Positions 25,001 through 37,011 of a stretch of 64,000 bases of DNA are shown one piece after another. This stretch comes from Cyanophora paradoxa CCMP329 (lineage: Eukaryota; Plantae; Glaucophyta). Under the pieces are notes generated by a model. That model was not told the origin of the DNA and searched no databases. It saw nothing but the letters and a program-made list of their open reading frames with translations. Made by a program: the position numbers and the translations under genes. The DNA lies in contig QPMI01000177.1 of NCBI GenBank assembly GCA_004431415.1, positions 1 through 64,000 on the forward strand, written 5' to 3'. Each line of letters starts with the position of its first letter. Positions within the stretch are counted from its first letter, which is position 1.

Positions 25001-25743
25001 GCGCAGACCCTCACGGTCTCGGGCGACCCGAAGACCTTCGACGCGAAGAAGTTCGCGGACGACCTCAAGGCCAAGCTCGGCAACGGCGTCTCCAAGGCGC
25101 GCTAGCGCTAGCGCTTCGATTCCCCTTCGCCTGTCCTAGGCTCAGCTTTCCCCTCCTGATCCGGGCCGGCCCGCAGGTCGAGGTCCTCGGCGTGACCGTC
25201 GGCTCGGGCCGCCGGTGAGAGTCTCCCTCCCTCCGCTCATTTCATGACGGACCGTCGGACCCGCGTTCTAATGCCTTTCGAGCAGGATGCGCCGCACCGC
25301 CCTTCAGACCCAGAGCCTGCGCGTCGAGGTCCGCATCGTCCCGGCGAGCGGCACCCAGGCGTCCGCCGTGCGTGGTCCCCCACCCCCCCACCCCCACCCC
25401 CTCCCCACCGCCCCCCCCCCCCCCCACCCCCCCACCCCCCCCCCCCCTACGTTGAGCTCGGATATCGATTGGCGCTGGCAGGTCACCTCCAACTTCGAGA
25501 CCCTCGCCAACAGCGGCCAGCTGAGCTCCATCGGCGGCGTCACCGTTGCCACGGTCCGCAGACCTGCGCCGCTTGTTACGTCACCGAGTCCGAAGCTGAG
25601 GCGGGCCGGGGCCGGGGCGCGCGCAGGTCCAGACGACGAAGCAGACCACGACGAGCACCAAGGGCGGGTCCGCGGCCGCCGCGCGCCCGGGCCTCCTCTT
25701 CGCCCTCGCCGCCCTCCTCGCCTCCCTCCTCGCCGCCCTCTAG
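22037..25743 (+). CDS. Large secreted, probably GPI-anchored surface protein
   Basis: Signal peptide (GGALCAAGLLALVSAVLA), many short exons, GSGRR/MRRTALQTQSLRVEV motif, C-terminal AAAARPGLLFALAALLASLLAAL*. Confidence 0.7.
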
Positions 25744-26128
25744 ATCTGAGCAGCTGCGCATGCGGGGAGCCTCGGATGCACATGCTGTACATGTGTTGAT
25801 TCAGACCAAATGTATAGACTATCGGGCCAATGGCCGGGCCAAGGCTGAATTCGAAGGAGTCGACGTCCGTACTGCAACATCAGACGCCCCGGCCCGGCTG
25901 ACGCTGGTCTGATCTCGATCTATCCTGATCTACATCCATCTAGATCTAGATCTAGCTTGATTTGCTGTCGACCGCGGCCGCGCGCGGCACCGGCCCGCGG
26001 CACCGGCCGGCGCGCCACGGCGCGCGCGGGCGCCGGCGCGCATGGAGCGCATGTACATGTGTGGGCCGGGAGCCTGGGAGGCTGGGACCCCTGGGGGGGT
26101 ACCGTCTCCCCAGTCCCCCCGCGACAGC

Positions 26129-29100
26129 ATGCTGGATGCAGATGGCTTGGAGGACGTGCCTTTCTACTCGCAGATGTGCGCCGCAAACGCGGACGCGTCG
26201 CTGTTGGCGGAGGAGCCGGGCGCGAGGAGGCGCTCCCGCGTTCTGAACGACCCCGTGCACGGCCACCTCGTGCTCTGGGTGCGGCCGACAGCGCGTCCCG
26301 CCGCGTGCAGCGGTGAGACCGCTCATCCCGCGCCGCTGCAGCCCGAGCTGCTGCGTATCATCGACACGCCGGAGTACCAGCGCCTGCGAGATCTGAAGCA
26401 GCTCGGGGCGACGAGCGTACGTCACCCCTCTGACCGCTAGCGAACCGCTCTGACGAAAGCGCCGCCGCCGCCGCCCGGCCGCCGCCGCCGCTCAGTTCGT
26501 CTTCCCCGGCGGTGCGGTTCCCTCCCTCGCATCGGTATATATCTCTTTGATGCTTCTGAATCGCTTCGGCTTGCAGCAACGCACAGCCGATTCGGTTCGG
26601 ACGCCTGATCTTGACCCGTGTCACTTGCTTTCCGCTGACCGCGCTTCGGCGGCGCCCCTCGAAAAGAACACAGTGCGCCGCGCGTGCGCACTCGGCGTGT
26701 GCTTACGCTTTCTTCTGATTCCGCGCCCGCAGGCATCGGCGTGAGCCACCTCGGGGGCTTCATGGTGGATCGGCTGGCGGCACTACAGCCGGAGCTCGGC
26801 CTGGGGCGCCGGGAGAGGCTAAACGTGCTCTCACCGTACCCCCACGCCGCCCGCCGCGCGCCGCGCCCCGCGCGCCGCCGACGCGGGGCCCGGCGGCCGC
26901 AGGTGCGCCTCGCCGGCCTCTGCCACGACTTGGGCCACGGGCCCTTCTCCCACGTCTTCGACTCCGAGGTACCCCCCCGCTCGCCACGGTACCCCCACGC
27001 ACGATCGAAGAGCGACCCGGCAGTTCATTCCGATGGCGCGGCCGGGCTCCAGCTGGCACCACGAGCAGATGAGCGCCAGGCTCCTCCAGCACCTCGTCGA
27101 CGTGCGTACCCCCCTCTCCCCCCCCCCGGGCCGGCGCCGGCGCCGGCCCTGCTGCGTACACCGCGCGGCCGGCCGCTCACCCAGGGCGGGGGCGGCCGTG
27201 GCGGCGCAGGAGAACGGGATCGATATGGAAGCCGAGGACATCCGCATGGTGCAGCGCCTCATCGAGAGCAAGGGCCCGGGTCCTCCCCCCCCCCCTCTCC
27301 TCCCCCCCCCAACCTCCTCTCTCGCTCCCCCCTTGATCCTCCTTCCAGGTCCAACTGCGAACACCCCTTCCTCTTCGACATCGTGCGCCGTACCCCTCCC
27401 CGCACACCGTAACCCCCCCCCCCCCCCTCTCAGGTCGCGAACTACCGCAACTCTGTCGACGCGCGCCCCTACCCGACCCGCCGACCGCGTACCCCCAAAC
27501 GAGCCGCGTACCCCCCCCCCGCAGGTCGACAAGTTTGATTACATCGCGCGCGACTGCCACTACACCGGTGCCGCCGTACCCCTCCCCCCGACCCTGTACC
27601 CCCCCGCCCTTACGGGCCCCCCGCGCGCAGGGGTGCAGTCTTCCTTCAACCACCTCCGCCTCATAAACTTCTCCCGCGTCCTCGACAACCAGGCGCCCGC
27701 GTACCCCCCTCCCCTCCCCTTCCCCCCCCCCCCCCCCCGCCGCCGCCCTCACGTCTTCCCCTCCCGCGGCGCAGGTCTGCTTCCACCAGGTGCGGCCCAG
27801 AGCTAAGCCTGCGCCGCGCGGGGCTGCCTCAGCGCTCGCGGTCGGCGCGCGTCTGGGCGCTGACGTACCCCGCAGAAGGAGGCGTACAACCTCTACGAGC
27901 TCTTCCACACGCGCTACTCCCTCTTCCGCAAAGGTGTACCCCCTGCGGCCTCCCCGCCCCGCCCCACGCCGCCCCTGCCGCCCCTGCCGACCCGCTCTCC
28001 CCGCCCCGCAGTCTACACGCACAAGGCACGCCGCGCCTCCGGACTGCCCTATTCTCCGCTTTCTTTCCGTTCAGAGCTCACTGAGTGACGCGCCGCGCCC
28101 GCCCCGGCCCGCAGACCGGCAAGGCCATCGAGGTGCCCCCGCCCCCGCCCCGCATTCGCGGCCGCCAAGGCCCGCCCCACCTCCCCCCTGACCCCTCTCT
28201 GCCGCTGCAGTTCATGGCGCGTCGACATGTATCCTCTTCCTTTCCCGTACCCCCCTCACCCTCCTACCCCCCTCCCCCCCAGGTCCGGGACGCGCTGCTG
28301 GCTGCGGACCCGCACCTCGGCATCTCCGCCGCCATCGACGACCCCGCCGAGTGCGAGCTCGAACGCGTACCCCCCGAAGCAGCTGCCGCTGCGACGCCCT
28401 CTGACGGGACGCGGGGTACAGGTACGCGAAGCTGACCGACGCGATCCTGTGGGAGATCCGCCGCTCGCGGGACCCGGTGCGGCGGATCCGTACCCGGATT
28501 GATTGAAGCGTACCCCCGCGCTAGTTGACGGCGTACCCCACCCCGCGCCGCAGGAGCTGCGCGAGGCGCAGGCGCTGCTGAAGAGGATCGACCGTCGCGA
28601 CATCTACCGCCGTGCGTGCGGTACCCCCCTCCCGGCCACGCCGAGCCCTCACCGTACCCCTCCCGTCAGACTGCAACGAGCTCCTGCTGACGGACGAGTC
28701 CGAGAAGAAAGTCCCCGCCGTGCGCATCGCGCCGTACCCTTTCTGGGCAAGCCTCTGAGCGCTGTACCCCTCAGAACCCGCGGGAGCTCGAGCGCGCGAT
28801 CGCGTCGCACGCCCCGACGGGGTACGCTCCCCTCACACTCCTCCCTGCTGCCGGCGCAACCGAGCCTAAGCCGCCGCCGCCGCCCCGCAGGTCGGGCCTG
28901 CGCGAGTCGGACCTTCTCGTCCAGATCCTCAAGGCCCGCGGCGCCTCTCTCCGGGGGTACACGCCCCCGGCCGCCCGTGACTCACGGGCCGCCCGCCGCA
29001 GATCAACTACGCGATGCAGGAGAAGGACCCCGTCGCCTCGGTACCCCTCCCCCGCCCGTTCCCTCGTCTCGACCTCACGTTCGGCCCGCTTAGGTCCGGT

Positions 29101-29847
29101 TCTACAACTCGGAGCCGGGTACGGCGCCGGGCCTCTGCCTTGACGATGCCCGCCCCCGCTCACCGCTCGGCTCTCAAACCCTCGCCCCCGCCGCAGACTG
29201 CGCTCCGTTCGCCATCGCCCGCGAGAAGATCTCGGTACCCTAGGCCCTCCCTCTGCGGCACCCGCGCCCCTCACGTGCCCCCCAGCTCCTCATACCGCAG
29301 AAGTTCGAGGAGAAATGCGTACGCCTCTACGTAAGCCCGTTCCCATTCCCCTGCCCCATACGCATCGAGCCAGGATCACGCTTGCTTGTCCTCTTTACTC
29401 GCCCCATGCGCAGGTCAAGCGGTCCGAGATGGCACGTCTCACATCGTCCCCCCGGGCCCCCCTCCTCCCTCCTCTTACCCGTACCCCCGCAGCGCGAGGT
29501 CGCCACGGCCGCCTTCGAATCCTGGCGCGTCTTGTTCTCCCACCATACAAGGGGTACCGGAACTGACCAACGAGGGGTACAGGCACCGGAGCCAGCGCCT
29601 CAACAGCCCCATCTCATCCCCCGCCGTCGCCCGCTCGCGCTCCGCCGCGCCCCGTGCGCCCTGCCCCGCCCTGCGTCCCGCACCCTCCGTGAGACCCCGC
29701 GCGCGCGCAGGGTCGGAGGCGCCGCGGCCGCGCCGGCTGCAGCTGGAAGCCGTCGCGGAGGCTGGCGATCGCGAGGAGGGCGCAGGCCTAGGCCTAGGGC
29801 CCTCCGAGCCCGCCGCGGGGCCCGACCCCAAGCGGCCCCGCACGTGA
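26129..29847 (+). CDS. SAMHD1: HD-domain dNTP triphosphohydrolase, SAMHD1-like (no SAM domain)
   Basis: Spliced NDPVHGH, IIDTPEYQRLRDLKQLG, VFPGATHSRFEHSIGV, AGLCHDLGHGPFSH, HEQMS, VDVDKFDYIARD, LFHTRYSLFRKVYTHK; C-terminal PKRPR NLS-like. The start could be 26042. Confidence 0.93.
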
Positions 29848-29874
29848 GAGCGCAGCCACTAGTACTCTCATTGA

Positions 29875-29966
29875 ACATCTTCGCACATAAACGAGTGCTA
29901 GGCCAAACCACAAACCACATAAACGAGTGCTAGGCCAACATCTTCGCACATAAACGAGTGCTAGGC
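29875..29966. repeat. Short tandem repeat in the SAMHD1 3' UTR
   Basis: CACATAAACGAGTGCTAGGC occurs three times. Confidence 0.85.
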
Positions 29967-30271
29967 TTAAGTGCCTGGCCGGCGGTGGCCGCCATGGCCG
30001 GGGGCCGGGGCCCGGGCCCCGGGGGCCGGGGTGGACCGAACAGTCACTGAGTGGGACCACTGGGACTTCAGTGACTCTTCACGTCCCGTCAAGTTCGGCG
30101 TCAACGTCTTGAACCGTTGAACGGCCGGCAGTTCCCCCGGACTTCCCCGTAGATTCCGCTCTCCAAGAAAAATCTCTTCGATTTTAACATTCATGGCATG
30201 AATCCCACGATCATCGGCTGTACCCGCCTCCAACTGTCTTCAACTCCGCCCGGCGCCACTTTCTGCCAGCG

Positions 30272-33200
30272 ATGTCGCGGCGGGCAGACACGGCGCGTCT
30301 GGCGCACAGCGTCTTCTTGGTAGCGTCGCAGACCGCGCTGCTCGCACGAGAGCAAGCGGGAGCGGTCCTGCGCGACCTCCAGCACTCCGTCGACCCGGCC
30401 GCCGCAGCCAACGTCCTGAAAAGCGCGCTGCGTGTCAGGACGGCGCGTGGAGGGAGCGAGTCGCATCCTCCGCCCGGCGCCGCGCCGCATTCGGAGCCGC
30501 AGCCGCCGCCCCACGTGCAGCACGCCGAACCGCCACCGGCTTCTGGCGCCCCGGCCGCAGCCGCGGCGGGCGCCGAGAGCTTCAGCGACTCCGGAGCGCA
30601 CGCCTTTGCCCAGCGCGCGGAGCCGCCGCCGAGCGAGCCGCCGCTCGCCGACACCATCCGCTCGCACGCCTTCTCGGAGCCGAAGCCCGTGCTCTCGAGC
30701 GTCCGGGTCGAGGAAGCGGCGCACGAGGCGCCTGCAGGCCCCTCTTCGAGCGGCAGCGGCAGCGACAGCGCGGCGGTCGAGGGGCGGCAGGGCGAGGAGC
30801 GGCAGGGCGAGGAGCCGTCGTCGCCTGTAGCCGCGGCGGCGCACGGAGCGGAGGCGCCGCCGCATGCGGCGCAGGCCTCTTCGGCGGCGGCGGCGGCGGA
30901 GGCGGAAGCGGGGGAGGCGCGAGCGCACGCGCACGGACAGGGCCCGCACGCGCACGCCCACCACGCCCACCACCACCACCCGTCGCACACGGGGCACGGT
31001 GCCGCGCACAAAGCTCCCTTTAAGAAGCGGGTGCGCGGCCCCAGCGCCCTTTGAAGGGCGCGCCTGAAGCGCGGGCAGATTCCCAAGGAGCGAAGCGTGC
31101 CGTCCACGCCCATCTCCCGCGTCTGGCACTTCGGAGGCATGGCCGCCGCCGCCGCCCGCCCGCCCGCACCCGGCTCCGCCCCGCCCCGCCCGCTCCTGCT
31201 AACCGGCCCTGCCGCAGGCCTCGGCCTCAGCCTGGCGGCGGGTACGCTGACCGAGCTCGCCAAGCGGACGCTGGGGCCCAAGGAGGCACCCTCCGCCTCG
31301 GGGTACGACAAGGGGAAGGTCCGGCGCCTCCCCCCCCCTCTTCCCCCCCCCTTGAGCTTACCGCGCTTCGTTCGCAGGTGTACGCGGCGGTCCTTTCGGA
31401 GGCGAACGCGGAACGCCTCGCCGAGGCCCTCTGCCGCATGCGCGGTACCCCCCCTTTCGCCCCTTCCCCCCCCCCAAACGTTCTGAAGCTTGGGGCGGGT
31501 ACAGGCGCGGCGCTCAAGCTGGGGCAGATGCTCTCCATCCAGGACGAGCACACGATACCCCCCCAGGCGAGCCCGGGCCCCCTTCCTCCTCCACCCCCCC
31601 CCCTAACCCCGGGTACAGGTGCAGGCGGTGCTGGAGCGCGTGCGGCAGGGCGCCGACGTGATGCCCCAGCGCCAGCTCCACCAGGCGCGGCCCTACCCTC
31701 CCCCCCCTTCCCCCCCCCTTCCCCCCCGCCCATCTCACCCTCCCCCCACGCTATCCGCCCTCCCTTTCCATCCTATCCCCTTCTTATCCCGCCCCGCCCC
31801 GCCCCGCCCCGCCCCGCCGTCCCGCCCCACGTCTAATCCTGCATAGCTAGCCTAGTAGCTGCTAGCTGAGGTCTCCCGGCGCGCTCCGCCCCGCCCGCCC
31901 TGACGCGCCACCACCACCCCCGCAGGTGATGGCGTCGCAGTTCGGGGAGGGGTGGCGGGAGCAGCTCGCCGAGTTCGGGGAGCAGCCCATCGCCGCCGCC
32001 TCCATCGGCCAGGTCAGGCCCCTTTGTTTTGCGCCTGGCTCTTCTAGGCCCCGGCTAGCCCTACGACCTCTACTAGGCCGGGCCCCTTCCTGCCTGGGCC
32101 GCCACCTCCGTCGGCCAGGTCCTGCCCCTTTGTTTGCGTCTGGCTTTGTTTCGCGTCCGGCTCTTCTAGGACTCCTCCTTTACGAGGCTGGGCCCCTTTC
32201 TTCCCGCCCGCCCGCCCCCCGCCCCCCCCAACGCCCCCCTCCCTTCGTTCGCGCGCAGGTGCACCGGGGCGTCCTGCGGGAGCCCGCCGCCCTCCCCGCC
32301 TGGGACACAGGCGTACCCGGCGAGGTCGCCATGAAGATCCAGTACCCCGGTGCGTTTCCCTTCGCTTTGCCCCCCGCCTTCCCTCCCCCCCCCCCCCTCC
32401 TCCCCCGCTCATTCTTCCGGGTACAGGCGTGGCCGAGTCGATCGATTCGGACCTCGACAACCTCAAGCGCCTCGTCACGTACACGAGGCGCGCCCGTACC
32501 CCCCCGTACACGAGTGCAAGCCGTGGAATCTGACCTCGCGTACCCCCCTCCAGCATCCTCCCCGAGGGCCTTTTCGTGGACCACGCCGTCCGCGAGATGC
32601 GCGCCGAGCTGAAGGCGCGCCGTACCCCTCCGAACCGTATTACCGTACGTACCCCCGGCTCACGGCCCCCCCGCAGGAGGAGTGCGACTACCGGCGGGAG
32701 GCTGAGCACCAGCGGCGCTTCGCCGCACTCGTCGCAGACGACCCGCGCTTCAAGGTCCGCCGGGACCGCTTTTCTCGGCTTTCTTGAACCCGTCGTTCTT
32801 GAACCTGGTACCCCGCACCGCGCAGGTTCCGGCCGTCATCGAATCGCTCAGCTCCGAGCGCGTCATCACCACAGAGATGGCCCGCCCCGTACCCCCCAAG
32901 AGACCTCCGCACCCCTCCCGAACCCCGCCCCCGCAGGTTAAGGGTTTCACGATCGCGGAGGTCGCCAACATGTCACAGGTCCGTACCCCCCCAACCAGTA
33001 ATACGTACCCCCCGTTCGACGCTCCGGGGGTACAGGAGACGCGCAACGCGGTGGCGATGCGGATGCTGGAGCTGACGCTCCGCGAGCTCTTCGAGTTCCA
33101 CTTCATGCAGGCGCGCCGTACCCCCCTGCCCTCTGTTCCCTTACGCCGTACCCCCCTCACCACTGGGGGGTAGACGGACCCGAACTGGGGCAACTTCCTG

Positions 33201-34087
33201 TACGACCCCAGCACGGACCTCATCAAGGTGCCTCCGTACCCCCGGACTGCCGACCCTCGCCCGTACCCCTTCCCCGACCGAGCGCGCCCCCCGCAGCTGA
33301 TCGACTTCGGGGCGTGCCGGGAGTACCCCCCTGAGTTCGTCGACGACTACATTGAGATCGTCCACGCCGCCGCCGAGCGCGATCGCCAGGTACCCGGGGG
33401 CAGGAGAGGGGTACGTCGCCCGACCCACATCGTCTCACGTACCCCCCTCGCGCAGCGGCTCGTGGACGCGTCGATTCGGCTGCACTTCCTCACCGGCGAC
33501 GAGTCGAAGGTGCGCGGCCCTGTACCCCCCCCCCATTCGGAGCGCGCGAGAGCCGTACCCCGGCAGGCGATGCTGGACGCGCACGTCGAGTCGGGTTTCA
33601 TCGTCGGGGAGCCCTTCGCCGCCCCCGGCGCCTACGGTACCCCCTCCCCCCTCCCCTTCGGCGCTGTACCCCTCCCCCTCACGCCCCCCCGCCAGACTTC
33701 AAGAACTCGGGGATGACGCAGCGGGTGCAGCAGCTCGGCCAGGCGCGCCCTCGCTTGCGCCCGCGCCGCGCCGCGCGCCGGGCCCGCGGCTGACGCGCGC
33801 GCAGGTGATGCTGAAGCACCGTCTGACCCCCCCTCCCAAGGAGGCCTACTCCCTCCACCGCAAGGCACGCCCCGCTCCGCGCGGCTACGCGCGGCCACGC
33901 TCCGCGGCTCACGGCGCCCCCGGTGCAGCTCTCCGGAGCGTTCCTGCTCTGCATCAAGCTGGGGGCGGTGATCCCGTGCCGCGACGCCTTCCTGCGCGCC
34001 TACGAGGGCAACCGCGCCGCCGCCGCCGCCCGCCGCGCCGCCGCCACTTCGAATTCCACCGCGGAGGCCCGCCTCTCCACAGCATAG
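30272..34087 (+). CDS. COQ8: ABC1/UbiB atypical kinase COQ8 (ADCK3/4)
   Basis: [97 protein letters not shown]; 20 introns; TAG at 34085-34087. Confidence 0.96.
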
Positions 34088-34573
34088 CGCTAGAAATATA
34101 TATTTAGCGCTCCTCGTTCCAAAAGATAGATTTAGCGGCCAAGGCGGGCGCGCGCATCTAGGTCATTTGGCCGGCTGCAGTCTGAAGGACAGCTGGGATA
34201 ATCAAAATATAGTACTATTGAGTCCTCTGCGCGCGCTGCCTGCTTCGGCGCGACCTGAGCCCCATTCTCACTGATTCACTTGATCTATGAGAAAACGGGT
34301 GACGGCAAGGGTGTAAAAAGCTAAAGCTGCGTCTGCAGCCCAGCGAAGGGCAACGCTAACATCTGAAGGATAGCTAGCAAAACACAGGGCATCATCATAT
34401 CTATTTCTTCATCATTGAAAACAGAAACTGTCGATGTCGAAAATTTACTGCAGACTCTGGTAACGAAGAGCGCACAGGCTCTAAAAACGGCCCGAAAAGC
34501 CTACAAGCTCTGAGGAACCCGAAACAGGCTCTAAATTTGGAGGCGAGGCGGCTCGAGTTCAGCCCTCGCTCCC

Positions 34574-36739
34574 CTACCCCACCCCCTCGTCGGCGCCCTC
34601 GGCGTCGCCGAACTCGACCCGCACGTCCATCAGGCTGGCGACCAGCAGCTGCCGCTCCGCTCCGCTCATGTGCTCCGCGGCCCCCGACGAGACCTGCCCG
34701 CCCGGCCAGCGCTCCGCCGTCAGCGCCAGTTTGAATTTGATCTGACGCGGTCGACGCGTACGCACCAAGAGGTAGGAGAGGCGGTTCAAGGCGGAGACGG
34801 CGGCGATGCCGAAGGCGCCGTTGGGCTGGCAGGCCGCCACCGGCAGGCGCGAGTTGACGGCGAGTTCGCGAAGGCTCGGCACGTCGGACGCGAGGCGCTG
34901 CCCGCGCGCGCGCAAGGAGCGAGTCAGAGTGCGCCGAGGCGCGCCGGGAGATAGCCTAAGGCGGCTTAGTTGTGGCGGTAGAGACAAGGCACGCGTGGCT
35001 TGCTTGCAATCGGTAATCTTTATCATCATCTCTAAGGCGCGCCGAGAGCGTCCGGCAGAGATGCGTGCGCACCTGCAGGAACGAAGGGGGGATGAAAGCG
35101 AAGGGGCCCATGTGTACCCCGACGACCAGTCGCTCCAGGCGGGACCAGGGCGCGAGGGGAACGTTCCCCAGCGCCTCGAAGACGAACGAGGGGAGGACGA
35201 GGTTCAAGATCTGCCGCGCACAGCTGCAGGTTAGACAGCGTGGAGGCGGGGCCACGCGCAGCGCACGCACCTCGAAGTGCGGGAAGCTCGCGAGTGCCGA
35301 AGCAACCGCGGCCGCCGGACCGTGGTCGGCAGAGGGCGGGCGGAAGTCGAAGGAGAGGGCCCTGAGGGTCGTGCACGAGAAGATGGGCTGCACGTCCGTT
35401 TCGACGAGGCTGCTCGTGACTGCGACGAGGGACTGGAGCCGAGGCATCTCGGAGATGAATCCGAACCAGCCAAGGCAACAAAAGACGCTCAGCTCTGCAG
35501 GCGAAGCCAGAATGAGCACTTGATCGGCGCGCGCAGATGAGATAGCGAGCTCGGTAGCGCCGCACCTCGCATTTGCGTCAGGTTGCACAGAGGGCGGAGG
35601 GATTGCTCATCAGAGATGTCGGGGTAGGAAATAAGCTGGCTAGAGATTTGATCGCGGAAGGAGATTCCGAGCTTCTCCAGAGATGTGAATTTCGCCGCAG
35701 CTGCGAACACCTCCGCTGGAGAATCGCGGCCGTTGAGCTCGGCACAGAACTGCAAGGCTCGGAGCGAGGAGGCGAGTTGCCCGGAAGAGAGCGCGCGAAG
35801 GACTTGTACAGGCGCTGGAATCGTGAGGTCGAGTTCGAGCACCTGAGGCACGGAGCGATAGAGTCAGATACAACGGCAAAGTCCTGCGTGCGCCAACGCG
35901 CGTGCGGAACGGGCCTGCAGATTCGGGAGGAGGGAGATGGCCGACAGGGAGCTCGCGATCTCGGGCGCCGAATCGAGCGCCGCCGGGGAGACGCGCGCCA
36001 CGTCGAAGCTCACGAACAGGCTGCGCAGGCGCTGCATGTGCTGGACGGCGGCGATCGCCGCGTACGGCAGCTGGGCCGCATCCTCCCCGCAGAGGGAAAG
36101 GCTGAAATCCTCGAGCTGATCGCGGAAGGTCGCTGCCAGCTGGAGGAACCCGCTGAAGGTGATGCTGCCTCCAGAGACTACCATCCGCCGCACCGCCGCC
36201 CGCGCCTTCTGCGGGAGCGCTGCCAGCGCGGTGGCCGCAGCGTCGTTCGGCTCCCACAGAGCCAAGCGGCCCCACAGGCTGCCGTCGTCGATGATTCGCC
36301 GGAACCGACGGCATACCGCCCTCAGCTTTACGAGCTCGTCGGGCTGCACGTCGGAGAAGTCGTCTGCAGTTGTCAGATTCGATTCGAGGAGCGAGATCCG
36401 AGAGCACGGAGGAAACCAGCCCCAGTCCCTCCGCACTGCCTCAAAGATGATGCGGCACAGCAGGGCGTCGGGGAGCGCGTCCAGCGGGCTGCCGCCGGTC
36501 GCCATGAACGCGGCGACGCTAGAAGACGGCATCGGCGCGCCGCTGCTGGCTGCAACTGCTGCCGCTGAGCTGTGCAAATCCCCGCCTCCCGCCGCATCGC
36601 TTGCAGCTGGCGCACGTGGATCGACAGAGAAGTCAGCAGCGAGACCCTCCGGGCGTGTCCCGATTGAGCACGCGGGGTCACCTTCTTCTCCATCCACCGC
36701 CCCCGTGCGCGCCCGCTTCGCCCGCCTCTCGCGCGCCAT
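34574..36739 (-). CDS. F-box-like / LRR-like protein, paralog 1
   Basis: PLDALPDALLCRII ... LVKLRAVCRRFRRIIDDGSLW followed by L..L.L repeats; N-terminal RAKRART NLS-like. An upstream start is possible. Confidence 0.8.
34947..35034. mobile_element. 88-bp intronic insertion with 10-bp TSD, related to the 61106-61298 element (MULE-like)
   Basis: AGGCGCGCCG at 34937-34946 and 35035-35044; begins GGAGATAGCCTAAGGCGGCTTAG. Confidence 0.75.
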
Positions 36740-37011
36740 CTCCCTCACTTTGAGGGGGGAGGGACTTGAGGAGGGGTATCTTTGTCGTTGACGGTTCGCA
36801 AAGGGAGCCGCCGGGTAGTCCGGTGCAGGAGTAAGAGGGCTCAAAGCAACCGACGCGTCGCTATTGAGCAGCTCGCCCGAGCTCATCCTGCCCTCGCGGC
36901 ACACATCGCAACTTGATCGCAAGCCAACGTGAACTTTCGGGGGCGCAAGCTCGCATATAGCTAAGACAGCATGTCCGATACTACGGTTACGAACGACAGA
37001 AGACGCTTGCA

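Noticed and set aside
26129-34087. Introner-type repeated introns
   Set aside because: The introns share composition and GTACCCC motifs but are not near-identical and lack TIR/TSD
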